In this document: one piece after another, positions 41,079-53,869 of the stretch
Numbering within the stretch: position 1 is the first letter of the stretch
Layout of the letters: each line of letters begins with the position of its first letter
Assembly (NCBI RefSeq): GCF_036321535.1
Contig: NC_087436.1
Coordinates: 25,608,001-25,672,000 of the forward strand
DNA: 64,000 bases
Direction: 5' to 3'
Source: Camelus dromedarius
Lineage: Eukaryota
The notes under the pieces: model-generated
Seen by the model: only the letters and a program-made list of their open reading frames with translations
The model's database searches: none
What the model was told of the DNA's origin: nothing
Translations under genes and position numbers: made by a program

Positions 41079-41140
41079 CTGACTATATATATATATATAT
41101 ATATAGTCAGTAAATATGAATGTATGAATGAATGAATGAT
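40330..41140 (+). mobile_element. LINE-2 3' end with (TGAA)n tail, interrupted by an A-run and (TA)n
   Basis: 'cagaaaatccagacttcctgccatggc', 'ccagactagcctataaacactgtaaagggagag', 'atgcctgg...agtaaatatgaatgtatgaatgaatgaatga'. Confidence 0.7.
40990..41105. repeat. A-run followed by long (AT)n microsatellite
   Basis: Direct reading. Confidence 0.95.
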
Positions 41141-44100
41141 GTACAGCAGAAAATAAGTTAGGATCTGATTTCCTCACAAATGTTCTAAACTTCTCATGGA
41201 CTTGTGGAAGATGGAAGAATACAATAAGTGTTTTATAATGTTATCAGTTTCACTTCAAGTATTGATTTAAACATTTTTAATAAAAATGCATGCATGACAG
41301 CATAAAAGGATGACTCTTGGTATTTCATTTCTTGAGGTCTTCCTGTTCTTTATAGATAACAGTGTGTCTTGTACTCAGTAAGTACTTAATAAATTCCGGT
41401 TGAATTACAGATTGTCACAAAGAAAATATTTGAGAAATACAAGATGGTTTTTGTTTACTTCTATTCTCTCTTTTTTTTTTGCTGGAGAATATTCATATGT
41501 GGTTCCATATTGCTTAGGTAAAACAGTGTTTAAAATTTTAAAACAAATTTAAAATTTGAAGAACTGAAATATTGAATTGTGTTGAAGTAACGTATTTTAA
41601 TATCAAAATAATTCTAAAAATCCTAACTTCATATAGCTAAAAGCACTTTTGTCACTGTCACATTTATTATTTAAAACAAAACCCTATGGAACAAGTTTTA
41701 TTACCTTACATAAAAAAGGAGGCTCAGAAACGTTAAAAAAAAAAAAAAACTTGTTCAAATACCACACAGCTATTAAGAAACAGGGTCGGGGTAAAACTCT
41801 AGTCAGATTTTAAAATCCATGTTTATTCTTCTACATGCCTGTTGTCTTTCCTATAAATGTATACCTTTCTTTGTAAATCCACATCATTTATGTATGACTA
41901 AAGAGAACTTTACTACGGTTTTGAAATTAACAATTTTCTTTTTCTATGCTCCGTCACATTTGCTTAAAGCCATCAGAATGTCTAGACAGATTTTCTATGG
42001 GGCTATCAGTGGGATAACAGCCACCACATACACATTTTTGGAAAAAGTACTATGGCCTCTCAGCTATTCTAGGTAATATAGAAGACAAAAAAGAAATAGG
42101 AGACATGGATGCTGTATTTGATGGGTATAAGTTGTACTAATTTTGATTCTCCAGGTGTTTGTTCTTTCATGCTATATGCAAATCAATGAAGGAAGCACAG
42201 AGGCCCATCCAAGAGAGCATGAAGGGTACCAAAGAGCTTACAACTGACCACGGCAAACAAATCATAAATATGTGCAGTTCCAAATAAAAGCACAGGTCAG
42301 TATATGAATATCTGGGGGAAAAAAATCCTCGCAAACTGCTGCGAATAGAGTACTGCTGTGGAAGTTCAGGAGAGGGAGAAATTAATGTAGACTGTCATTG
42401 CTGATGTGGAATTTGAGTTATATCCTAATGTATATGCAGAATATACCTAGGCAACAAGAGATTGAGTCCACAGTCCTCTGGAGTATCACATGCGCAGCCC
42501 TTGTTAGGAATGCTGGAGGATTTATTTTAGAGTCTTGTAAGTACAAGAGAGTAACAGCCAAACCAATCACAGAGCACTATGAAATAACATACACTATTAA
42601 ATCACATGGGGGCTTCAGTATATTAAGTTGTACCTAGGGTGCCTTTAGGATTAGTCACGAATGTTAACTGTTGTGCATTGATACATCTTCAATGGATACA
42701 CATTCCTATGCAATGCTGTACTTCTTGAGGTCAGCTTTCAGTCCAGGGAGTCATAGAAACTAAGATAAACTACAAAGGCATATATGTCCATAAAACAAGC
42801 ATATTCATTAGTCACCTATTTATAAATTTACCCCCCCTTCCATGGTCTTAACATATGTGTGTATCTGTACCTTGCTGATGGTAGGCTACTGTACACTGCT
42901 GAACACACAGTGGGAAAACCACGCAGGTGGGTGGCTGAGTGAAAAATGTCCACTTTGAAAATAATGCAAAAGTTCTTGCAGCCAGTGAAAATGCTTTAGA
43001 ATTGTTCAGATTGCACACAGACTTCTAGTACGCAAGGCATGTAATTCTCTGTACATACAGACTAGGGAGCACATGTACAAAATTTAACTGTAAAGAGTGG
43101 ATTCTCGGCATATTTAAATGTAACTTTTGCAGCTTCATAAGTGACTGAAGAGTTTCATGATATTTTATAATAGATAATAAGTATCAATATTTACCTACCT
43201 CCCATATGAAGTTGTTATACATATTAAATGAAATAATATATGCAACCTATTGAGAAAGAATAGAAAGAATGTGAACAGTACAAAAAGTGAACCTAACATA
43301 CTATCCTGTATTTACATTAGAATCAGTTATTTCTTAAACGCCATTGGGAGCAAGAGGAGACATAAGAATGCATTCCTTATTAATGTCCAGAGGCTCATCT
43401 ATACATTTCCCCCAAAAATAATTTTGCTAATCTGATTCACCTTATTTTGTAATAGGGTTAAATTGTATCCTGGTTGCCTTGAGGAGATACTGGTCATCCT
43501 CAGTTATCCAACAATAAGAGAAACAATAGCGTGCATATGAGTACACATGTGAGTGTATATATACACGTGCGTGTATATAAACTTATTCTTATCCTATGAA
43601 ACCTGACTGATCTTTAAAGCATCTGGAATGCTTTAAAGTTATAAGATTGTTTTCTAGTGCTGCCTGTGTATTCATAAATACTAATTCATTTAATTTCTAT
43701 AACAAGGCATGGTGTTTCTTCCATTCTCACCTCACATACGGCATAGCTGAGGCATCAAAAGGTTAAGTAACATACATTAGGTCACAGAAGTGATCAGAGA
43801 CAGAGTCAAACCCAGGGTCCAGGCTCCAATGCCTATTCTCCTAATCACCAACCAGTTCTCTGAACGAGGGCTGTACTCTGAGAAGTGGTATGACAAATTC
43901 AATCCCATTTTCTTCTTTTGTTACAGATTAAATTTAGGACCAATGAGACTCTAAGAAATTGTTTAAATCTCAAAAGTCGTTGGCAAGTTTTCGGAGTTCA
44001 TTTCCAGGGCTTGGTGTATGATAAGTTTCTTTATAATGAGTTCTTTAATACGTTTCACTTTACTTAGGTGATAGCTACAGGGAAATATTATGACCCTGTT

Positions 44101-44429
44101 TCCAAGACTGATCTTTCTATTTAGCTTCATAAATTGCTTGCTGTCAGCAGGACATAAATACAATCTGTATGTTGGCTCTGTGGAAGCCTATATCCTGAAT
44201 AAATTTCCAACAGCCTTTTAGAAAATAATGAACTACAGAATTGACTTTTCTTTGGTATTTGTAGACAAGCACTGAAGGCAATGTCATCTACCAACTCATA
44301 GGTAAATAGCCTCCAAGAGTATCTCCCTGCCACTCAAGAATGAAGACAGTGCGAAATCTCACCCATCTGGGAGATTCCTGGTGACTAGGTAACTAAGTAT
44401 AACGAAAGCCTCAGCACCAACCCCCGAGT

Positions 44430-45390
44430 CCCCGCTGGTGTTCTCAGCCAGGCAGTGGCTCTTCCAAACTGTCACCACGCTCCTCCAGCTGTCAGAAACC
44501 TCACTCTCAGCAGGTAACACCTCCCACTTCTCAGACAAGTGAAGACACAAGGTGATCGCCTTCCATTTCCCATCTCTGTCTCTAAACATTTTTGCAGATA
44601 ACGAACTTAGCATCTTCTCTGCTCATCAGGGAGGTTTAAACTGTGGCTAAAACTCCCCCATGTGCTAAAGGCTCCATTCCGTCTCTTCTCTTATAAATCG
44701 CCAATCAGATTTACCCCTAGTTTTTCTTCATCACTTTCCTTTCATTGATTCCTTTTCTTTAGCATATGAATATATTTCTTTTACCTCAAAAAAACAAACT
44801 TTTCACTTGGTACTGTAATGTCCTCTGCCTGCCTCCTGCTCCCTTTCCATTTATGCTTCTGGTAAGTCTGTCAACATTTTCCGTCATGGCGTCCTCTCTT
44901 CCTGTTGAATTTTGATTCCTCCCTGCAGTCTGAATCTTCTCCTGAAATCCTAAGTGAAACAGCTTGGGATTCAGAACTGCTTCATTTTCAAAGATTTTCA
45001 CCTGTAAGAATTCTGCTGTTTGAATTCCTTCTTTACTTTTTTAATTTTGTCCTTGTTTCAAAATCTCTTTCAACTTGGGCTAAGATTAAGTTTTAGTTCC
45101 CATTGCTTCTGAGACACCTCTCTCTAGAGAGTTTAACTGTCGACAGGTCAAAACAAAACAAATTATACAGATTGGCTCTCAAACCCATATCGTTTATTTC
45201 CTATCCCGGCTAATAAATAGCATAACAATCTTTCCATCTCCCAAACTGGAGACCTGGGATTTGTCTTCAATTCTTTCTTCCTCCTGGTCATTAAACCCAA
45301 TCATATGCAAAATTTGATATTCTAAACACTCCCTCTTTGATTATTCCACTTACTGTATGGCATCACAGCTCTCCTAGACTAAAATAATTA
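44430..45390 (+). mobile_element. LINE-2 internal remnant (continues after the MLT1 to ~46330)
   Basis: 'ctcttccaaactgtcaccacgctcctc...cactctcagcaggtaacacctcccacttctcaga' and 'aaactggagacctgggatttgtcttcaattctttc'. Confidence 0.55.
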
Positions 45391-45396
45391 GTTCCA

Positions 45397-45810
45397 TGCA
45401 GTGAAATAGCGACGCCCCAAATTCATGTTCACCTGAAACTGCAGAATGTGACTTTATTTGGAAATAGAATCTGCAGAGTAATTAGTAAGGATCTCAAGAT
45501 GAAAGCATCCTGGATTTAAGGTGGGCTTTAAATTCAATGACTGGTATCCCTAAGAGAAGAGGACACAGAAATACTCACAAAGAAGGCAGAAGCAGAGTTA
45601 CACTGTACAAGCCAAGGAAATGCCTGGAGACACCCAAAGCTAGGGAAAGGCAGATAGGATTTTTCTTTACAAACTTCAGAGGTCATAAGGTTCTACTGAC
45701 ACCTTGATTTCAGATTTCTAGCCCCCAGGAATGTGAGAGAATAAACTTCTGTTCTTTTAAGCCGCTCAGTTTGTGGTACTTTGTTACAACAGCCCTAGGA
45801 ACCTAATACA
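45397..45810 (+). mobile_element. MaLR solo LTR (MLT1C-like)
   Basis: 'cagaatgtgactttatttggaaatag...aaggatctcaagatga...catcctggatttaaggtgggc...ttaagccgctcagtttgtggtactttgttacaacagccctaggaacctaataca'. Confidence 0.88.
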
Positions 45811-46621
45811 TTTCCTAAGTAGCATTGGTAACTTCCTCTAATTCCATGATTCTTCATGGAATGCTTTTGAATCAGTTGAAAATTGCAGAACTTCCAGGAA
45901 AGATGCACAAACATACAATTCAAAATTTCACAGACAGTTTCACAAGTTTCTAGACCCTGCAAGGTTTATCTGTGGATCTCTTATTATCCTTGTAGCCAGT
46001 TAAGAACTCCCTTCCTTACATATAGAGTCAACTGACTACAATTATGATTATGCCATCTCCTGATTTTAAAACATCAACATCATTCCTAAACCACAAGGCT
46101 CTACAGAGTATGACTTTGTTCTTAGATACTACATCTCCCTGCTGAAACAGCCTTTGTCTTATCCCTCCAAACAAAACCTATTTCAGAGTATACCGTGCCT
46201 CTGTGCCTTTGCACATGCGTGCTGTATTTGCCTTGGACTCCCTTCCACCAGCACCCAGTCATCTAATGAATTTCTACTCATTTCAAAGTTTTATGTCATT
46301 CATCACATCTATGAATTTAAATGATCTCACTGGAAGAGTATTACTTTGCTTTTACAAAGTGATGAAAGTCCTTGACTATGACATATTTATGAAATACAAG
46401 ATGCTTTTCTTTGAGTGTAAAAAACTTTAATTATTATATTGTAATATTTTACTTAAATTTCTATAAATCTGCACTTTCTAATTCCTTAAATAGGAATTAA
46501 CTGTAATTATATAGAATATAATATGGTACTAAATATACCACAGTATTAAAATTATAGGTATTTGTTCTAATTGATATATATATTGGAATCTTAGAATCAC
46601 TAATTTGTGGATTTTTGACCT

Positions 46622-47102
46622 TGAACATTTTGCAATGTGTAGAAGTAACAAATCATTATGTTGTGTACCAGGAACTAACATAGGGTTGTAGGTCATTTAT
46701 ATTTCAGAAACAAACTCATAGAAAAAGAGATCAGACTTGTGTATACCAGAAATGGGTTTGGGGAGGGGGGATTGGGTGAAGGCACTTAAAAGACACAAAC
46801 TCCTAGTTATAAGATAAATAAGTACTAGCGATATATAATATAAACATGATAAATATAATTAACACTGCTGTCTGTTATATATGAAAGTTGTTAAAAGAAA
46901 AAATCCTAAGAGTTCTCATCACAAGGAAAAATTATTTTCTATTTCTTTAATTTTGTATCTATATGAGATGATGGATGTTCACTAAACTTATTGTGATAAT
47001 CATTTCATGATGTATATAGGTCAAATCATTATTTTATACACCTTAACATTGTACAGTGCAGTATTTGATTATATCTCAATAAAACTGGAAGAAAAATAAA
47101 AT
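46622..47102 (+). mobile_element. L1 3'UTR fragment (L1MA9-like) inserted in a MIR
   Basis: 'acaaactcctagttataagataaataagtactag...aatcctaagagttctcatcacaagg...tatatctcaataaaactgga'. MIR-like sequence lies on both sides (tttgaccttg upstream, 'ctcacaggattgttttgaggattaaa' downstream). Confidence 0.85.
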
Positions 47103-47319
47103 AGTAACAAATGCTTAAACTTTACATACATCAATTTTCTTCTTTGCAAATTAGTTAAAAAAAAACAGCTTAACTCACAGGATTGTTTTGAGGATTAAAG
47201 AAAAGACATCTAAAAATTTAGCACAGCATCAGGTATGCAATAGGAATCAACTTTGTATTGGTTAAATATAATACCTCTTGGTTTATAAACTTATAAGATT
47301 ATAAGCAATATCACCTAGT

Positions 47320-49915
47320 TTGTAAATAATACCACCTATTCTTTCTTTCCTTGTAATTTATCTGTTGAAGAAGCTGGATATTTTGACTGCATGCTCTTGG
47401 TCTAGTTGATTATGGCCCTTTTCTCTGTACTTCCTGCAAAATGGCTGCTGAATCCAGAAACTTGGATCCTTGTGGCCTAATTACACATGATGCTTGGTAA
47501 GATCTATAGAAAGCATATACTAACTGGTTCTCTCTCTTTTGTGTGTGTGTGTGAGTGTGTGTGGGTGTTTGTGTGTGACATCATAGCAGTTGATTCTAAT
47601 GCCTACATCTATTAATTAACTGGACTTTGTAAAATGATGGTATTTTTATTCTATCACTTTTTTTTTCTTTATTACTGGAGCTATTATACTGATATATCCC
47701 AAAATCAATTACTTGGTGATCCAGTGGAAAAGTTCATATGTAAAAGAAGAATAAATATTTGACTCTTTCACTTCATGAACCAGTTCCTATCATACTCTAA
47801 AGGTGACCAGTTATTTAGATAAAATTACAAACATGTGATTTTACATACATTTGGTGGGTTTAAGTCCCTTGCAACTGTTATCACCACTGAAGCTCAAATA
47901 GTCTCATTTTCAGGCAATGGAAGCCTCCTGAAGTTGACACCTGAATCCTTTGGCATAACACTAGAAAGTCACTGCTACCTGGATTGTTAAGGTGAGGCTC
48001 ATATTGAACATGTCCCACTCCAGACCTGGAATTAGCCATTTTTCCAGGAAATTTTTATTTTAGTAATTATTGCTACTTTAAGACATTTGAACTGGATGCT
48101 AGACATATTTGCTGTTACTGCATTGGTCACTGGTCATTGTTTCTAGATCTTTTCAATGGACCATCATATATATATATGTATATGTATATATACATATATG
48201 CACATTTATTTTATATATATGTATGTAAATATATAGTCAAAGTACTGAATGACATTACATTGATATTTCCAATATAAAATCAAAACTAGGAAGGCTTGAT
48301 TTCACCTCTTCTCAGTGCCACTGTGTGTCTCCTTCCAGCACAAATCCTGGTTTTCAAGGACACACATACTTCCTTGCTTCTTTAATCCTCACATTGCACA
48401 CAGCAGTAGTAGAATGACGATAGTAATACGACCACTAATATGATTATAAAAACATTAAATTCTTTGTATACTCTCTACATTCTTCCGTGATTTTTTAATA
48501 CCTGTACTATCTCTGCATTCCTGGAGCACACAACTACCACATGCTACCCTTGTTCTAGAGCTCAGCACCACCAGTACCTGTGCTGATGTAGGTCCAGTCA
48601 TCTTGGTTATCTGACTAGATGATTCTGGTTATCTGAAGTACATGTTCTACCCAACACTGAGGAAGGACTCAGGGACAAGACTCCCATCCCCATCCTGTAC
48701 ACCAATAATTTCTCTGTGTCCTTTATACTTGAAAGTAAGTTTTGCTCTATAAAATCCTTGGTTCACATTTTCTTTCTTTGGCTTTCTATAATATGTGTCT
48801 CATTTTCTTCTGGTAAAAGTATTACTGGGAAAAATCTTAAGAAAAATTGTGTAGATTTTCTGATGACCAAAGCATTATTTTTCTTTTTCTGAAAGATCAA
48901 TGATTTTATTAGAATGTCTTGATCTTGTCACACAGTGTGCTCCATTAACATGTAAATTCAAATATTTTATTTCAGGAAAGTTTTCATTTCTGGAAAGTTT
49001 ACTTGAATTATGATTTTAATGATGGACCTGTTCTGTTTTTCTCTACTCAGAGACTCCTACTGTCCAAATGTTGGCCAGCTTTTATATCATTTTCTTGATA
49101 TCTTTTGATCTGTGTTTTTGTTTTTGTTTTTTTGAGCACGTCTTTAAAGTATGCTTTCCTTGTCTTTAGAGCATTTAGTATACAGCTCACCACTGAAAAC
49201 TTCAGGGAGTAATCTACTTATAATTTACAGTCAGCCCCTCAGTACCCACCGTTCCTCCACATCTGTAGATCTGCAGATTCATCCAACCTCAGACTAAGAA
49301 GTTTTGCAGTATTTACTTCTGAAAAATCTTTATGTATAACTGGATCCAGGTAATTCAAACCCACATTGTTCAAGGGTCAACTGTATTCTCTCTTTCCTTA
49401 CTGTAGTTTTGTGTGGGATTTGACCCAATACTTTTCTGTTTTTCATTTACCCTTCCAAAACTTTGATAAAATCTTTTCTCTAAACTTCATTTCTGATATT
49501 CCTGTCTTGTTCAATTTGGATTTCACTTACAGCATCCTCTCTTTCTTAGAAGGGAATCCTGATAGGTCCATTTCTAAGGCTTATAGGAACCCAACAGTTC
49601 CAGGCTTTGGTCCTTCTTACTATTAGCCCTTTGTACTCATCTGCTGTTAAATGGTCTCCTCCCCATTCCTCTCCCCGACGCTGGTTAACGCCATGTGTGC
49701 TGTCCACTAAGGCGCTATTCTTCCGTTTTCAGATATATCTGATGGTACAGTGTTGCTTCCTTCTGTTTCCTTTCATAGAGATGCTGATACTATGTAGGCG
49801 TTGTTTCCACCCACCTAAGATTTTGTACTTGTAAGACTATTTCGTCATCTGCTTTTTTGGCAAATGCTGTCCATGTTATTTTTATGAAGCTGTTTAATTG
49901 GTTTTTGTCTCCTTT
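47320..49915 (-). mobile_element. Old L1MC-type 3'UTR followed by ORF1-like antisense remnant (possible HAL1-type element)
   Basis: 47320-48470 has L1MC4/5-type phrases ('gctcaaatagtctcatttt...ggaagcctcctgaagttgacacctgaatcctttggcat', 'ccagacctggaattagccatttttcca'). 48700-49150 has antisense ORF1-like phrases ('ctataaaatccttggttcacattttc', 'tttcaggaaagttttc', 'actcagagactcctactgtccaaatgttgg'). Confidence 0.6.
49228..49383 (-). mobile_element. Short Tigger-family (Tc1/mariner) MITE
   Basis: Imperfect TIRs CAGTCAGCCC... and ...GGGTCAACTG, flanked by TA on both sides. Reverse strand begins cagttgacccttgaacaatgtgggtttgaa. Confidence 0.85.
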
Positions 49916-49922
49916 ATACTAG

Positions 49923-50399
49923 TATATTAGTTTCCTATTGTTGTTGTAACAAATCACAACAAGCTCAATGGCTTCAAGCAGCACCGATTTATCATGTTTG
50001 AGTTATGGAGGTCAGAAGTCAAAACTCGATCCCATTGTGCTAAAACCAAGGTGTCAGCAGGGCTGCACTCCTTGCTAGGGCTCTAAGGGACAATCCATTT
50101 CCTTGCCTTTTCCAGCTGCCAGAGGCTGCCTGCATTCCTTGGCTCACAGCCACCCTCTCCATCTTTAAAGGCAGCAGTGTAGTACCTTCATATCTCACTC
50201 TGGCTCTGACACTCCTGTTTCTCTCCTTCCTTTGTGATGACACTGGGTTTATGGATAATCCAGGATAACCTCCCATCTCAGCATCCTTAATTTAATCATA
50301 TCTGCAAAATCTCTTGCCATATAAAGTAACATATTCACAGGTGTAGGGGATTAGGGCACATATATCTTTGAGGGAGCCATTATTATTCTGTCTACCACA
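49923..50399 (-). mobile_element. MaLR solo LTR (MLT1D-like)
   Basis: 'tattagtttcctattgttgttgtaacaaat...ggaggtcagaagtc...gataatccaggataacctcccatctca...gccattattattctgtctaccaca'. Confidence 0.9.
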
Positions 50400-53300
50400 G
50401 TGGGTGTTCAGTGAGATTAAAAAGTGATGCTGCCACAATCTCCCCAGAATCCCCTCCTGAAATACCATTTTTTTCTCACCATAATTAAATACTGATGTTA
50501 GCCTGAAATTTTGAAAGAAGATGAATTTGGAATATTACTATTCTATATACCTCCCTTAAAAATTTTTATCTAACTTGATATCTGCTATTTTATCATATGT
50601 TACACCAGAAAATATTTTAAATAAATATAAGGGTGAGATGCTAGATATAGGGTGTTTGTACATGTGTGTGTGTTTAAATAACATTGACTCTAACTTGGTA
50701 AGCTGCTTTGTAATAAATAGAGACATTTAAATGAAGCTGGAAGAATGGTTAAAGTTTGCAAATTATTAAATCATGACAATAAAAATCATTATTTCATCTG
50801 CATGTGGGTTACAGACACACAGGTAGTAATGGAAAAGCTATGCCTCCCATATCTGGCCTAAATTAAAGCTCTTCTGAAGAAGGATGTGGAAGTCATTCAG
50901 GCTTGCACATTCTTTAATTTCTTTTATTAAGGCCTGTATAAAGTCAGTGTAGCTAGAAGGCAATACACAGGCTTTCAGAAACTACAAAGTGTAACAGCTT
51001 GTTCCAATTACCCTCACTACAGTGTGACCATATGCACAAATGTTGAGCTTTCTGTTTAAAGTTCATCCATTAAAAAAATCCTTATAAAATTGGAGAAATG
51101 CTGTGTTCTGTGCATACATTTGTTTCTGCTAGCATTTAAACTGTTAGTTACGGTTTAATGTATGGATAAAAGCTTTTAAGTAAGACAAAGAGCCTCAGCC
51201 GGCAGAACAGAAATCTTTTTAACTTTCCCATACAATGAAATAGTTTTTTAAAGATTCATTCCTGGGAACAAACATGTTTCAAGAAATATGGACTCTTTAG
51301 ATAATTATTTAACAACTAAATCAAGCAACCTTGTATTAAGCATATAGGCATATAGGTAATTTTTGTATCAGCTGAGTAAGACTAATGGGATTTGGTGTTT
51401 CTGACTCCAGGGACCTTTATCAAATCAAAGGTTTTCTCTTAAATACATCATATTGAACTAGAGATAACAAATACAGATGCTGAATTGACCTTTTTCATAG
51501 CAATCTGAGGTTGAAAATTGCACCTTTCCTGTTCCTTACTTGATGTTCAAAGTAGGTTTTTAATTCTACAGTTGTCTCAGTTAATTTCAATTCTTAACTC
51601 TTTGTTTAAATCAATATACTTAAGCGCCATTTATATTATCAGCAGTACGAGTGAAATTCAGCTAGCTCAGTTAAAAAAGGTGTCCCCTAACACTGAAACT
51701 TAATATCTAATAAGAATCTTAATGGAATATGCCTCATTTTTCTTAAGTGGGAATGGAGCAAATTGTTCCGTTTAGGAATATGCATCAACTCTTTAAATTA
51801 GTGATGAAATGATAATATAATGCATTTTCTGAGTAACTAAATGGCACCATGGATAAATAGAGGAGAAATTACGTGCTACATTGAAAACAGAATGACTGTC
51901 AAATTTAAGAAACAAAGCAATCAGAATAAAATCAGAGAGTATGTTTATATAGGTTGTAAATCCCACAATCCCCTTGTCTTAAAAGTGTTTACACTTTAAA
52001 CAAATGTCTTTTTCTAAAAAAAGTATTTAATAGGCATTTGAGGACATAAATTTGTAGCTGCAATTATTTTTCATAGAAATAGTAGTAAATAGATACTGTT
52101 TAAAATGTCCGTAATGTTGATTATGATTTATTAGTTTGCAGAGTCTGGAAAGGGAGAAATGTTAATAATCAGGACTTCTTTCCAGACATATTTTAGTTAC
52201 TATTAATTTGGAGGCCAGGAAGTGAAAATAAATTACTGGAAGGCAAATGGAATCCCATATGTGTGGTCTGGGCTTTTTCCATTTGCACAGTTTCAATCAG
52301 CATAATAGAATCTATTAATATGCTTACTGTTTGTATGAAACTCTGTTAAACTGGATAAAGCATATTTACCAAAGTCCCACTATCTAAGTTTTATTAGAAC
52401 ATCTCACTGGCCTTTCACTATTGACAGAAAAGTAGTTGTCCAAGTGGGACTAACCTGTTCTAGGAATTCTATTTTAAAAGGCTTGAACTATCTAGTTGCA
52501 TCACTATCTAGAATCCTAATGGAACATACTTCTTCAATTTCTTTCATATTCAGAGTACTAACTCGTCTGGAAGTATCAGTGACAGTGCCATTCACAAGGC
52601 TGGAAATGTTTTCTGCAGATTTCTTTGATATATTGAATTTTTGTGCAATGTTTATAACTAAAAGGCAATCTTACCTAAAATAAATTTCACATTGTAGATT
52701 ACTAACACTTAATTAACCTCTTTGAACTTTTAGCTTTTCTGAACACAAACAGGAGCTAGGATTCCTCCAGCTCTGGGATTCTATGATCTATAAAACTCAG
52801 CACAACTCTGAAAGCTGAAAAGGCCCTTCAAATATCAACTGAATCTTTCATCATGTAACAGAAGTGTGAACATTAATGATCTATTTAAAATTCACTGTCA
52901 GAAGTATTTCAGGTTGACAGAAAAACACCTAATATTTCATTTTGGTATATTTCAGTAATAGATGATGACTCAACTTCAACTCATGTGTCAAGCATAATAT
53001 TTAATATTCCTCTGGGAAGATTCATTCAAATTATAAATCAAAATCCAAATAAACAACAGTGCTTCACTTGAAAATCATAAATAACTGCCAAATATCAATG
53101 AACGGCTTATTATACAGACGTCACATATTGATAGATGAGGTGACTAGCACATTTGTTATTACTATTTTCAAATCTGTTCATGCTTACAAGTCTCTCGATG
53201 TGATCAATAAGCATCTTAACAGGGTGGCCAAGATCTTCAGGAAAGATACTGTTTTTCCTTTTTTCACCATCACTATTCTCTTCTGTATTCATTTTATCAA

Positions 53301-53746
53301 GTTTTCTATTTCCTATTTGTAATATATTTCAAACAGAGACTCAGTCTACTTATATCCTAAGGGGAAAGAAAACTGTTGGAATAGCTGTAGTTGTAAGTCT
53401 GAGTTGCATGGGGGAACCAAGATGCCTATACACTGTCCCTTTTCCTGAACATGAAGGCAAGGCCCCATTTACACTGATTAGGACAGAACAGCCTCCAACT
53501 CTCGCTGTCATTGTATTTTATTGCAAAGCAGAGGGTATTTATGCTTACATTCTGAAAAACACCCACTATGTTTGGTAAGAGAGCTCTGTATTAGAATTAT
53601 TAAATTGTCCAATCTCTATAATGTCAATCTTCATCACTTCATCCTGATTAACTTTCATCATGTTATGACTGAAAAAAATCAAATAGTTATTTGTGTGAGG
53701 TAAAATATCAATAGTAGTACAGGAAAAGTAGTGTTGTTATAAAATA

Positions 53747-53869
53747 TTTTTTATTAAAGTATAATTGACTTGCAATATTGGGTTAATTTCAGGTGTACAC
53801 CAAAGTGATTCAGTTACAAATATTTTTTCAGATTATTTCCATTGCAGGTTATTGTAAGATATTGAATAC
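53747..53869 (-). mobile_element. Very short L1 3'-terminal fragment
   Basis: 'ttttttattaaagtataattgacttgcaatattgggttaatttcaggtgtacaccaaagtgattcagtta...ttattgtaagatattgaata' is the reverse complement of an L1 end like 22660-22780. Confidence 0.85.

Noticed and set aside
46644..47112. Apparent 10-bp TSD agtaacaaat
   Set aside because: The upstream copy appears to lie within L1-like sequence itself, so the match is probably coincidental.
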